Source: an uncultured Candidatus Saccharibacteria bacterium
Lineage (GTDB): Bacteria > Patescibacteriota > Doudnabacteria > UBA920
Reading direction: 5' to 3'
Assembly (NCBI GenBank): GCA_964561085.1
Contig: CAZLNP010000002.1
Span: 75,440 to 139,439 of the forward strand
Length of the DNA: 64,000 bases
Position 1 is the stretch's first letter. Each line of letters opens with the position of its first letter. Of the stretch, positions 35,386 to 45,045 are shown piece after piece. A program made the position numbers and the translations under genes. The notes under the pieces are model-generated. The model had not been told where the DNA came from. It was given only the letters and a program-made list of their open reading frames with translations, and ran no database searches.

Positions 35386-38300
35386 ATGAGCAAAAGCGAA
35401 CCTACAGCGGCACAAGCCCGCTATCGCATGAGATTTAGTACTCATGTCGTACCAGATTCCGCAAGAAAGACTGTATCTAAATTCAACCGTATGTGGTTGG
35501 GTAAAGCTATGGCTTTTGTTGCGGTTTTTTCATTAATTCTTAGCAGTGTTGCCCCGGTAGATGCATTAGCCGCTGTTGCACCAACTGTGACCGTTTGTCA
35601 TTTGGAAGGAAATGGGACATATCAGTCTCTAACTTTCAATTCAAATGCTTTGCAAGGTCATCTTGGCCACGGTGATGTTTATCCAGTTCCAGCTTTGGGC
35701 TGTGACTCTTTAAACCAAGTACCTCAAGCAATCCCAACAGAAACAATAATTGTTAATCAGAACACATCAGCTGGTGAAAACCTTCCTGGATGGATGTTTA
35801 ACCGTGATGCTTCTACAGATACTCCATATGTTTTTAACACTGGGAATGCAAGCATTGGTTCTGGTAGCTTAAACATTTTGCCAATTGGTGCGACAGCTGC
35901 AGACAAAATGGTTGCTGAAAACTTCATCAACTCACCAATTTCTACCATCACTGGAATTTACTACGACTTTAAGATTGGTGCCGGTGGATTAGCTACTCAA
36001 GAAGAGCAGTTCTACATGAATGTATATGCAAACTTCGGTGTGTCTCCAGATAATAAGTTCTATGACTGTCGATACAATGTAGTTCCTACTATCGGTTCTA
36101 CTGGTAGCTATACAACTGTTTCTTTTGACCCTAACTTAACTTACCCTGTAACTCAGAGCGGATCTTCTCCGTTTGCTTGTCCTGCATCTCCTGCGGCTAT
36201 GGAAGGCATGAGCGCTGGATCCAACATTCGTATGTTCTCCCTTAACGTAGGGGATACTTCTGCATCTGACCTTGGTTTAGATGGATATTTAGATAAAGTA
36301 GTAGTGTCTAAAACTACACTTATTACAACATATGACTTTGAACCAGCTCCTCCACGAATTGCTTCTAAAGTAGCGATTCAAAAAGTTTGGCAAAACTCTG
36401 CTGGTCAGCCAATCCCTGCACCAGATAACAAAGATGATATTACAATCACTGTAACTACTGAAAATCAGAATCAAGATGTTTGTACTTACGATGCACAAGG
36501 TGTTTTGACTTGTAGTGGCATTGTAAACAGCTACACAGACGAAACAATCAAAGTAGAAGAAACTGGTTTGCCGGTTGGTTGGGAAGTGGATCCTGCAACT
36601 GTTGGTAATGCTGTTAATCCAGTTTGTCCTGTGCCAGACCCTCAAGGACAGCGCTCAATTGATTGTACTCATACAGTTATTAACAAATTAAAAACTGCAT
36701 CTCCTTGTGGACTTGAATTAGTAACTAATGGTGGTTTTGAACTTCCTGAAGTAACTGACGGTAACAAGTGGCAGGTTTTTGACTCAGGCGCTGCTGGCTT
36801 AGGCTGGTCTGTTGACTGGGTTCGTCCAAGCGGAGCTCCAGCAAAAGCGAAAGCTGAATTGCACGAAGGCGTGAACTCTTGGAACTCTCACGGCGGTAAT
36901 CAGCATACAGAAATTGATTCTGACTGGGCTGGTCCTTCTAGTGGTCCAGACGGTGAAGATGCATCTGCGACACTTTTCCAAGACCTTATTACTAAAAATG
37001 GTGGCGTATACACAGTAAGTCTGTGGACATCACCTCGTCCAGGAACTGGAACTTCTGAAAATAAGACTGAAGTGAAAATGGGCTCAACTGTACTAGATAC
37101 TATCATCGAAGATGGCTCTGCTAACTCACAAACAGTTTGGACAAAACATACATACACATTCACAGCTACTTCTGGTGTAACTCGTTTGAGTTTGACCGAT
37201 CTAGGAACTGGAAATTCTCTAGGTGCTTTCTTAGACGACGTTAGCGTAAAAGAAGAATGTCTATCAGATGTAACAATCTGTAAATTAGATCAAAACCAAA
37301 ATCCACTTTCTGGATGGGATGTATTCTTGAAAGGTCCAATCGCAGATACAGTAGTGGTTTCTGGAACTTCTAATACTCCAGCTTTGTCTGATCCTCTTGC
37401 TGCTGGTGACTACGTTCTAGAAGCTTCTGGAACATACACATACCGCGCAGGCAGCGCAGGCGACATTAGTGACGCTGCATATTCTGAACGTCAGCCTTCC
37501 GATGCTGGCATTGACTCTAGCTTCTACTCTGGGGCACATTTGCCATGGGTACGAAATCTTGATCTAGGTGCTGGTTACGGTGGCTACTTAGGCATTCGTG
37601 TTGACGGTGCTAACTTCAACTGGGGTACTGAATATGAATCTAGCCATGAGTATGCTGCTTTCAAGAATGTTGCTGCTTTGGCTCCGCTATCTTTCTATAT
37701 TGAAGATGGAAATAGCTATGCAGATAACGCAGGAAGCTTAACTGTTGATATTTATCCTATTGTTAAAGGCACTACTGGCCAAAATGGTTGTGTGACTTTA
37801 CAAGATGTTGATTACGGTACTTACGATCTTGATGAACTAATGAAAGATGGTTGGGTTAATGTATCTGGTAAGGGCACTAATGCAGTTGTCGATATGCCAA
37901 CTGAAAACTTTACTCTAGTTAACCGATGTACTAACAACTGTGAATCTACTGTAAAAATTTGTAAGGTAAACGATCAAGGTACTCCGTTGCCAGGTTGGAA
38001 TGTTTACTTAAAAGGAGATAACTTAGAAACACTTGACGTTGACTCCGCTGACGTTGCAGGTGAAACTACCACCGATGTGCTTGAAGCAGGACAAGAATAT
38101 GTTGTTGAAATAGAAGGGGAATGGCAGAACCGTGGATTTGAAACTGTTGATGCTAGCTTTACTACTCCAGATGGTTGGACTACTGTCCTAGCTGCACCAC
38201 AAGGTGGTTATTCAGATGACCTACTAGAAACTCAAATTAACCAAGCATTCGTAAACTGGGGTCCTTACTCTGGTGAACCAGATCACAAGTACAGCTTGGT

Positions 38301-39903
38301 AATGACTGGTACTGGAACTACTGCTAATTTCCGTGTTTACGATGCGGCTAGCGGCAATCCTGCAGACATGAGCCCAGCTTGGTATGGTGATAATGTTGGC
38401 GAGCTAACTGTTAAAATTTATCCAATCTACCAGGGCACAACTGGTGCAGATGGCTGTGTGACTATTGATGGTGTTCCATTTGGGACTTACACTCTTGGCG
38501 AAACAATGCAAGAAGGTTGGGAAAACGAACGTGGTAATGGTTCTACTGTAATTGTTAACGAACCATACGAACCTGGTACAAACTTGAATGAAAATCCATT
38601 CGTACTAGTTAACACTTGTACTGGTGAAGATTGTCAAGATATTGGACCATGTACTGTTGCTCCTATTAATGTAATTAGCGGTGCTGCAACTTTCTTCTCT
38701 GGTTTGAAAGAGGGTGGTCCAGCTCCAATTGCTTTGAATAACGCTAATAACTATCCTTCTGGCACTACTGGTGTTGCACAACCTGCAGCTCCTACTGGGT
38801 ACGCAGGAGCATGGGATGGATCTATCAATGATCCTGACATTGCTGGTTCTGGCGCAGTATACATAAGCAACGATTCAACTCAGCCTACTCTTGCAGGCGG
38901 ACCTGGATACGATGGTTCAGTTGATTCTTGGAGATTATTCAAACACACCTTTACTATTCCAGCTGGCGCTACAAACATCAGCCTTCCAGTATTGCACTTC
39001 GCTGCAGACAATGAAGTTAGTGTGTTCCTAGACGAAGCGTTCATTGGTTTCAATGATAGCTTCTCTACTGTAGTTGATACTGCTCCGTTAGCGTTAACTC
39101 CTGGTACTCATACTTTGGAATTCGCTGTAAAGAACTATGCGTTTGATCAAACAAACAACCCAACTGGTGTAATCTACAAGCTAGATACTATTACTTACGA
39201 ATGTCCAGATGGTGGCGATGATGAACGCTACTCTGTTAATGGTTTAGTTTACACAGATTCAGATCAAGATGGCACTCAAGATGGTGGTGAATCTGCATTA
39301 CCTGGAATGACAATTAAGCTGCTAGAAGCAACTCCAGATGGTGAAGATGCTGGAACTGACCTAGATGAAGCAGAAGTAGCTACTGATGTTTCTGATGCAA
39401 ATGGTCTATACTCATTTGATCTAATTCCTGCTGGTTGCTACATCGTTCGTGAAATTCCTGATGGATACACACAAACTGAACCTGCTGTAGCGGGACACGA
39501 ATATTACATTAATGTTGGTGGCGCAGACTGTGTCTTCAACAATGCTGATGAGAAGAAGTCTCTTGTTGGTTCACTCTTCATCAAGACAGCTCAAGCTGCA
39601 ACTGTTGATACAGTATTCGTAGCTTACGTAGGCCAACAATTAAAGTTTGGTAACTACACTACAAATGGCGGCGGCGGTTCTGGTGGGTCCGGTGGATCTG
39701 GTTCATCTTCTGATGACGATGAAACTCCACTTGTTCCAACTGTTTTGGGTGACTCTACTAACACTCCATCAGATCCAGTTGGCCAAGTATTAGGCGCTAC
39801 TACATTGCCTCGTACAGGAAGCCCAACATGGGCATTGCTAATGATCGTTCTATTAGCAGCTCCAATGTTATACTTCCGTAAACTTGCTGTGAAGAAAGCC
39901 TAG
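35386..39903 (+). CDS. large cell-surface protein with tandem Cna-B/SdrD-B-like domains and a C-terminal LPxTG sorting signal
   Basis: C-terminus LPRTGS + hydrophobic WALLMIVLLAAPMLYF + RKLAVKKA is a classical sortase substrate. Internal ~220-aa tandem repeats occur (TICKLDQNQNPLSGWDVFLKG... / VKICKVNDQGTPLPGWNVYLKG...; SLTVDIYPIVKGTTGQNGCVTLQDV... / ELTVKIYPIYQGTTGADGCVTIDGV...). There is an SdrD-B-like block (NGLVYTDSDQDGTQDGGESALPGMTIKLL...GLYSFDLIPAGCYIV) and a GGGSGGSGGSGSSSDDD linker. The true start may be an internal Met (35428 or 35491) preceding the signal peptide. Confidence 0.7.
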   Translation: MSKSEPTAAQARYRMRFSTHVVPDSARKTVSKFNRMWLGKAMAFVAVFSLILSSVAPVDALAAVAPTVTVCHLEGNGTYQSLTFNSNALQGHLGHGDVYPVPALGCDSLNQVPQAIPTETIIVNQNTSAGENLPGWMFNRDASTDTPYVFNTGNASIGSGSLNILPIGATAADKMVAENFINSPISTITGIYYDFKIGAGGLATQEEQFYMNVYANFGVSPDNKFYDCRYNVVPTIGSTGSYTTVSFDPNLTYPVTQSGSSPFACPASPAAMEGMSAGSNIRMFSLNVGDTSASDLGLDGYLDKVVVSKTTLITTYDFEPAPPRIASKVAIQKVWQNSAGQPIPAPDNKDDITITVTTENQNQDVCTYDAQGVLTCSGIVNSYTDETIKVEETGLPVGWEVDPATVGNAVNPVCPVPDPQGQRSIDCTHTVINKLKTASPCGLELVTNGGFELPEVTDGNKWQVFDSGAAGLGWSVDWVRPSGAPAKAKAELHEGVNSWNSHGGNQHTEIDSDWAGPSSGPDGEDASATLFQDLITKNGGVYTVSLWTSPRPGTGTSENKTEVKMGSTVLDTIIEDGSANSQTVWTKHTYTFTATSGVTRLSLTDLGTGNSLGAFLDDVSVKEECLSDVTICKLDQNQNPLSGWDVFLKGPIADTVVVSGTSNTPALSDPLAAGDYVLEASGTYTYRAGSAGDISDAAYSERQPSDAGIDSSFYSGAHLPWVRNLDLGAGYGGYLGIRVDGANFNWGTEYESSHEYAAFKNVAALAPLSFYIEDGNSYADNAGSLTVDIYPIVKGTTGQNGCVTLQDVDYGTYDLDELMKDGWVNVSGKGTNAVVDMPTENFTLVNRCTNNCESTVKICKVNDQGTPLPGWNVYLKGDNLETLDVDSADVAGETTTDVLEAGQEYVVEIEGEWQNRGFETVDASFTTPDGWTTVLAAPQGGYSDDLLETQINQAFVNWGPYSGEPDHKYSLVMTGTGTTANFRVYDAASGNPADMSPAWYGDNVGELTVKIYPIYQGTTGADGCVTIDGVPFGTYTLGETMQEGWENERGNGSTVIVNEPYEPGTNLNENPFVLVNTCTGEDCQDIGPCTVAPINVISGAATFFSGLKEGGPAPIALNNANNYPSGTTGVAQPAAPTGYAGAWDGSINDPDIAGSGAVYISNDSTQPTLAGGPGYDGSVDSWRLFKHTFTIPAGATNISLPVLHFAADNEVSVFLDEAFIGFNDSFSTVVDTAPLALTPGTHTLEFAVKNYAFDQTNNPTGVIYKLDTITYECPDGGDDERYSVNGLVYTDSDQDGTQDGGESALPGMTIKLLEATPDGEDAGTDLDEAEVATDVSDANGLYSFDLIPAGCYIVREIPDGYTQTEPAVAGHEYYINVGGADCVFNNADEKKSLVGSLFIKTAQAATVDTVFVAYVGQQLKFGNYTTNGGGGSGGSGGSGSSSDDDETPLVPTVLGDSTNTPSDPVGQVLGATTLPRTGSPTWALLMIVLLAAPMLYFRKLAVKKA

Positions 39904-39981
39904 GCTAACTTTTAGCAAGCTGTAACTGCTATAATAAAACTACCTTCGAAAGAGGGTAGTTTTTATTTTCCCACCTTAACC

Positions 39982-40590
39982 ATGGTCAAATTAACTATGA
40001 TAAAAAAGATCGCTTTAGTAATAGTTTTAGTCATTCTTGGATTCGGTTTATTGAATGCTCCTTTTTTATGGCAGCAAATTAAATTTACTTTTAGTAGTCC
40101 TGACTCTTCTGTAGAACAAGCTCCTGTAGGGGATGACCTGGGGTCTGAAGCCAAGGTTTCCCCGAATACTATTAATATTCCAAGTTTGGGTATTTCAGCG
40201 CCAATTGTAGAATCTGTAGAATCTAATGAAGATTCTTATCAAGAAGCGCTTCAGAATGGCGTTGTGCACTTCCCAGGCACCGCTGTGGCGGGGGAATTAG
40301 GTAATGCCTACTACTTTGGCCACTCGTCAGATTTTGCTTTTGCCAAGGGAAATTACAAGACTGTATTTGCTCTATTGCCACGAATTGAAATGGGCGCTGA
40401 GATTCGCATAAGTAATCCTGATGGACAAGAATTTAAATACACTGTAATCGATAAGAAAGTGGTGAGTAATAATGATGTTAGCGTGTTAGAGCAAGGGGAG
40501 CGTAAGGAAAAACTGCTTAGCTTGCAAACATCGTATCCGGTTGGAACTGCTTTGCAAAGATATGTTGTTGTTGCGAAGTTGGTTGAGTAA
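39982..40590 (+). CDS. sortase-fold protein with Ser in place of the catalytic Cys (TLxTC -> SLQTS)
   Basis: N-terminal TM anchor. Layout is sortase-like: conserved His region YYFGHSSDF, then ...GAEIRIS...QEFKYTVIDKKVV...KLLSLQTSYPVGTALQRYVVVAKLVE. The nucleophile position is encoded by TCG (Ser); the conserved Arg is retained. Confidence 0.6.
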   Translation: MVKLTMIKKIALVIVLVILGFGLLNAPFLWQQIKFTFSSPDSSVEQAPVGDDLGSEAKVSPNTINIPSLGISAPIVESVESNEDSYQEALQNGVVHFPGTAVAGELGNAYYFGHSSDFAFAKGNYKTVFALLPRIEMGAEIRISNPDGQEFKYTVIDKKVVSNNDVSVLEQGERKEKLLSLQTSYPVGTALQRYVVVAKLVE

Positions 40591-40597
40591 ATTAATA

Positions 40598-40626
40598 TTG
40601 ACAAGAAGAGCAAGAAAAGTTAATAT
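40598..40626 (+). promoter_or_regulatory. promoter-like element (TTGACA-17-TAATAT) in a convergent intergenic region
   Basis: TTGACA at 40598-40603, a 17-nt spacer, TAATAT at 40621-40626. No ORF follows, only a strong hairpin. Confidence 0.35.
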
Positions 40627-40655
40627 AGGAGTATAAAAGCACCTTCGGGCTCCGA

Positions 40656-40685
40656 GAAACCCGCTCTAAAATTAGAGCGGGTTTC
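40656..40685. terminator. strong bidirectional hairpin terminator
   Basis: GAAACCCGCTCT-aaaatt-AGAGCGGGTTTC, a 12-bp perfect stem. It lies between convergent genes: the sortase-like gene (+) and the MazF-like gene (-). Confidence 0.6.
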
Positions 40686-40689
40686 GGCT

Positions 40690-41091
40690 TTATACACTGA
40701 GCATATTTTTTAACCTCTGAATGACGTGACTGAATTCTTTTTCTTTTAAAACATAAGATTTTCTGTAAAGTCTTTTAGTACTCAGTAATTTTAATTGTGC
40801 TAATACGGCTGCGACTTGATTGCTGTTGTTATCTACGTAATTGTAATAAAAGTCTAAACTCTTTTGCATAGATGTTAATGGTACAACCCATACCATGTTC
40901 CTATTAAATTTTTTTATAATTAGAACAGGTCTAAGAAAATCACTGCCTTTCCCATTTTGTTCATAGCCAATATTCTTACCGACTGAAGCTATCCAAACAT
41001 CCCTGATTTTCGGAAAGGACCTTGTCGGCTTACCGAAATGCATTTCTTGTTTTTTCTTATTCCAAATTTCGAAACTTTCTAATTCATTCAT
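40690..41091 (-). CDS. MazF/PemK-like (type II toxin fold) protein, with no cognate antitoxin ORF detected
   Basis: ...IRDVWIASVGKNIGYEQNGKGSDFLRPVLIIKKFNRNMVWVVPLTS... parallels the MazF/PemK pattern (GxxIWxVDfxPxxGxEQxGxRPxLVlS...PiTs). Confidence 0.5.
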   Translation of the reverse strand: MNELESFEIWNKKKQEMHFGKPTRSFPKIRDVWIASVGKNIGYEQNGKGSDFLRPVLIIKKFNRNMVWVVPLTSMQKSLDFYYNYVDNNSNQVAAVLAQLKLLSTKRLYRKSYVLKEKEFSHVIQRLKNMLSV

Positions 41092-41235
41092 TATTGAAAT
41101 TTAACATTAGTCAGATAAAATCTGCATAAAGATTTTATTTATTTGAAAAACCTCTTAAATAAGCCATTTTTTTGTTAGCAACAATAAATTTTCTTAAGTT
41201 TTCTTAGCAAACCCTTGACATGATCAGAAAAAACC

Positions 41236-41264
41236 TTGATTTTACAGGGGATTTTGTATAATAT
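41236..41264 (+). promoter_or_regulatory. putative promoter of the HU gene (extended -10)
   Basis: TTGATT...TGTATAAT at 41257-41264. The -35/-10 spacing is short (about 15 nt), so the call rests mainly on the extended -10. About 100 nt upstream of hup. Confidence 0.3.
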
Positions 41265-41362
41265 GAAGTCGTAATCAATTTTTCCATAAATCAATTAGGA
41301 AAAAACTTATTAATCAAATCCATGCGCTAAATTATTAGAGCTTAGGATTTAAGGATACAAAC

Positions 41363-41635
41363 ATGACTAAGTCAGAGACTTTAGTAGCCTTGGCAGAAAC
41401 AACTGGCAAGACAAAAAAAGAAGTAGTAGAAATGCTTGATGCAATCGTTGCATTGGCTTACAAAGAAACTAAGAAGTCCGGTGAATTCACACTTCCTGGT
41501 CTAGGTAAGTTGAAGAAGAAGCATCGTGATGCTCGCCAAGGACGCAACCCTGCAACTGGCGAAACTATTCAAATCGCTGCTAAGACAGTTATCAAGTTCA
41601 CAGTAGCTAAAGCTGCTAAGGACGCTATCCTATAA
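41363..41635 (+). CDS. hup: HU/IHF-family nucleoid-associated DNA-binding protein
   Basis: 90 aa. MTKSETLVALAETTGKTKKEVVEMLDAIVAL...GRNPATGETIQIAAKTVIKFTVAKAAK (beta-arm with RNP). Confidence 0.9.
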   Translation: MTKSETLVALAETTGKTKKEVVEMLDAIVALAYKETKKSGEFTLPGLGKLKKKHRDARQGRNPATGETIQIAAKTVIKFTVAKAAKDAIL

Positions 41636-41657
41636 TCCTGAATTAGAAGATAAAATA

Positions 41658-41686
41658 AAGCCCCGCTAATGCGGGGCTTTTAAATT
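41658..41686. terminator. bidirectional rho-independent terminator (hup on + strand, response-regulator gene on - strand)
   Basis: AAAGCCCCGC-taat-GCGGGGCTTT with T-runs on both strands. Confidence 0.65.
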
Positions 41687-41708
41687 GATTAGTTTTGTAG
41701 ATTGCTGC

Positions 41709-42155
41709 TTAGTTAAGTTTAGGAGCACCAGCCTCAGCAGGAGTTTCTGCGGTCACTGTAGGGTTGGCGAGGATATCATTTACTTTCTTGAGAATCTCTT
41801 CAGTGGTGAAATAAGCTTTTACTAAGTAAGCTTGAACTTTAAGCGCTTTTGTTTTTAAAATATCTTTATTACTCCAAAGGTTAGATAGGACGATAATTGG
41901 AGTAGAAGCAATTTGCTTATCTTCGTGGGAACGAATTTTTTCTAGGACTTGAAAGCCATCAACTTCAGGAAGCATCAGGTCTAATAGAACTAAGTCAGGA
42001 CGTTCGGAAATGATTAAATCAATGCCTTGTTGGCCATCGGCAGCTTCTTTCACGATGAATCCATTAGCGGCTAGTTTGTGAACAACAATATCGCGCATGG
42101 CGATGTTGTCTTCTACCATTAAGATTTTCTTTTGTTTCTCTGGAGCTTCAGTCAT
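41709..42155 (-). CDS. stand-alone response-regulator receiver domain (CheY-like)
   Basis: KKILMVEDNIAMRD...LVLLDLMLPEVDGFQVLEKIR...VLSN; phospho-acceptor Asp in LLDLMLP. 148 aa, no output domain. Confidence 0.8.
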   Translation of the reverse strand: MTEAPEKQKKILMVEDNIAMRDIVVHKLAANGFIVKEAADGQQGIDLIISERPDLVLLDLMLPEVDGFQVLEKIRSHEDKQIASTPIIVLSNLWSNKDILKTKALKVQAYLVKAYFTTEEILKKVNDILANPTVTAETPAEAGAPKLN

Positions 42156-42341
42156 TTTTTTGACTAATTTATTACTTAATCATTATAACATGATTTTGTG
42201 GATATCTTTTATTCTACTGTTGACTAGGCCAAAAAATTGTTGCTTTCCATTAAAATTTTAACTATAATTGATGAGTATGAATTGCAGGCAGAAACAAAAA
42301 TAAACACTAATTTTGATAATCTTAAACCTAAGCCTTAAAGT

Positions 42342-43253
42342 ATGAACTGGTTTTTAATTGCTTTAATCAATCCGATACTACTTTCCGCAGTCAATCATTT
42401 TGATAAGTTTTTACTTTCTAAATACATTAAGGGTGGCACAGTAGGGGCGTTGATTCTATTTTCAGCGCTCTTTGCTTTTATAGCTCTTCCGATTATTTTT
42501 CTAATTAGCCCTAATGTACTAAGCTCTGTAAGCCTCCTTCAAGGATTAGCGTTGATGGGAAATGGTGGTTTGTTAACCTTGGCCATTTTGCTTTATTTGT
42601 ATGCGATGGATAGCGACGAAGCTTCTTACGTAGTACCTTTTTTCGAACTAATCCCTGTGTTCGGGTTCTTGCTAGGGTTCGCTATTCTGGGTGAAGTGCT
42701 TACTATGAACCAGTTTATTGCCTCTATTACAATTATCTTGGGAAGTTTGATAATTTCTATTGATGTTAAAACTGAGCGGTACCATCTTAAAAAGAAGTTA
42801 ATTCTTTTAATGGTTGGCTCATCATTCTTTTATGCAATCAATGCCGTTATATTTAAATCCATAGCCAGCTCTCAAGGATTTGTAGATTCTTTGTTTTGGG
42901 ACATGCTTGGGAAATTTTTACTGGGGGTTATACTTTTCTTTGTAGTTAAATCTTACAGAACTCAATTCATCTCCTTAGTGAAAAGCAATGGGCGCAAAAT
43001 AATGAGTTTGAATGTACTTAACGAAATAATGGGAATCGCGGGAGAGATATCTTTGATATTTGCTGTTTTGCTTGCCCCTGTAGCATTAGTACAATCTGTG
43101 GGTAGCATCCAGTCTCCATTAGTGTTCCTTTTTGGAATTATATTAACTTTATTTTTCCCACACTTGGGTGAAGAGTCATTGGAAAGAAAGGTTTTAATCC
43201 AAAAAATACTTGGAATTGGCGTAATAAGTTTAGGAATTTATTTCTTAAAGTAA
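42342..43253 (+). CDS. EamA/DMT-superfamily transporter
   Basis: About 10 TM helices in a 2 x 5 duplicated layout typical of EamA. Confidence 0.6.
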   Translation: MNWFLIALINPILLSAVNHFDKFLLSKYIKGGTVGALILFSALFAFIALPIIFLISPNVLSSVSLLQGLALMGNGGLLTLAILLYLYAMDSDEASYVVPFFELIPVFGFLLGFAILGEVLTMNQFIASITIILGSLIISIDVKTERYHLKKKLILLMVGSSFFYAINAVIFKSIASSQGFVDSLFWDMLGKFLLGVILFFVVKSYRTQFISLVKSNGRKIMSLNVLNEIMGIAGEISLIFAVLLAPVALVQSVGSIQSPLVFLFGIILTLFFPHLGEESLERKVLIQKILGIGVISLGIYFLK

Positions 43254-43263
43254 ATTTTTATCT

Positions 43264-44172
43264 ATGATTCCTAAATTTCCACAGTTCAAGAGTATTCAAA
43301 TTTCTGATCGATCTGACATAGAAAAAATAGCTAACAAGTATGATCCATATTCAGAGTATGATTTCGCTAGTCTTTGGAGTTGGGATGTTAGTCAGCAGCA
43401 CAAGATATCTGAGTTGAACGGGAATATAGTTTTAATTCTAAGCGATCATTTTAGCGAAGAGTTGTTCTATACATTCTTGGGCAATAATATGCTCAGTCAG
43501 ACTTTAAAACAAATTTTTGCATTTCCAATAGAAGGTAGTAGTAATGGGCCTATTCTTAAATTAGTCCCTGAAGTATCTCTAAGTGGGATAGATTTAAGTA
43601 AGATAATTATTGAAATTGATCTTGATAATTATGACTATATATTTGATTTAAAGGAGCACTCAGTCTTTGAAGGTTCTAAGTATGGGACGAAAAGGAAATC
43701 GGCAAACAGATTTCATAGAAACAATCCAGAAAGCGTCGTAGAGGTATTAGATTTGAAATTAGATTCAAGTAAGCAACGAATACTTGAGCTATCAAAAAAA
43801 TGGATTGATAGTAAATCCACCCATGACTACGGTGTAAATTTAGAGAAAGAGTTTAAAGCGCTAAACAGATTTTTAGATGCTGAGTTCGAGCATGCCTTAT
43901 GCGTGGGGATTTCTATCGGGAAAAAACTCATTGCGTATGAGATTTTCACTTTGGGGAATAATGGATATTCGATAAGTCATTTTTCCAAGATAGACAGTAA
44001 TTATAGCGGTGTGTATGAATATTTAGTAAACCAAAGTGCTATAATACTTTTAGAAAAGGGGATAAATTTCCTTAACGCAGAAGAAGATATGGGTTTGCCA
44101 GCTCTTAGGTATTCAAAAAATTCTTACAGGCCAACTTCATTTTTGAGAAAATATACACTTAGAGAGTTATAA
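43264..44172 (+). CDS. hypothetical protein, possibly an acyltransferase-fold (DUF2156/GNAT-like) domain
   Basis: 302 aa, cytoplasmic. No diagnostic motif. The family guess is weak. Confidence 0.35.
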   Translation: MIPKFPQFKSIQISDRSDIEKIANKYDPYSEYDFASLWSWDVSQQHKISELNGNIVLILSDHFSEELFYTFLGNNMLSQTLKQIFAFPIEGSSNGPILKLVPEVSLSGIDLSKIIIEIDLDNYDYIFDLKEHSVFEGSKYGTKRKSANRFHRNNPESVVEVLDLKLDSSKQRILELSKKWIDSKSTHDYGVNLEKEFKALNRFLDAEFEHALCVGISIGKKLIAYEIFTLGNNGYSISHFSKIDSNYSGVYEYLVNQSAIILLEKGINFLNAEEDMGLPALRYSKNSYRPTSFLRKYTLREL

Positions 44173-44207
44173 CTTATGTTATAATGTATATAAATAATAA
44201 GAGATAA

Positions 44208-45041
44208 ATGTTTAATTACTATTACGAGCAATTCAAGCAAAATAAGCCATTCAAATTGATAGTTTTGGTTTTCGTCGCCCTAACAATTTGGTGGGTTAGT
44301 ATTTTTGTAAGAGGCTTGACTGAGGGTATTGAGAATGATGCCTTCACGATTATCTATCCAGTACTAGCTCTGATGGGTGGCATTATGGGGTGGATTTTTT
44401 CACGAAAGTGGGGCGGATTCAAAAGCACTTTAGGAAAATCAATAGGAATGTTCTCCCTTGGTTTATTGGCTCAATTTTTAGGACAAGTATTATATAATTA
44501 CTATATTTTTGTTCTAGGAATAGATGAGCCATATCCATCTATTGGTGATGTGAGCTATTTCGCTAGTGTTATATTCTATATATTCGGTGTCTGGTACTTA
44601 GCGAAAGTCAGCGGAGTCAAGAGTTCTGTTAAATCGTTTAATGGAAAGTTAAAAGCAGTAGCAATCCCTGTAATTATTCTGTTATCCTCTTATCTGCTAT
44701 TGCTTAAGGACTATGAGTTAGACTTCTCCGATAAGACTTTGTTATTTTTAGATTTCGGATTCCCTATAGGACAAGCGATTTTTGTATCAATAGCATTTAT
44801 GGCGCTCTTTATATCTAAGGATATTTTGGGTGGGATGATGAGGAAGCCAATAATGTTGTTAATCATCGCATTAATTTTCCAATATGTAGCAGACTTTGCA
44901 TTCTCGTATCAGTTTAGTGTAAATCCCGAGTCTACATATGTTGGTGACTTCTTAGACTATTTATATTGCGCCTCATATTTCTTTATGGCTATCTCACTCT
45001 TCTCCATAGGCAATATGTTTTATAAGGTTCAGGAATCATAA
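44208..45041 (+). CDS. hypothetical polytopic membrane protein
   Basis: About 7-8 TM helices. No motif. Confidence 0.45.
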   Translation: MFNYYYEQFKQNKPFKLIVLVFVALTIWWVSIFVRGLTEGIENDAFTIIYPVLALMGGIMGWIFSRKWGGFKSTLGKSIGMFSLGLLAQFLGQVLYNYYIFVLGIDEPYPSIGDVSYFASVIFYIFGVWYLAKVSGVKSSVKSFNGKLKAVAIPVIILLSSYLLLLKDYELDFSDKTLLFLDFGFPIGQAIFVSIAFMALFISKDILGGMMRKPIMLLIIALIFQYVADFAFSYQFSVNPESTYVGDFLDYLYCASYFFMAISLFSIGNMFYKVQES

Positions 45042-45045
45042 ATAT

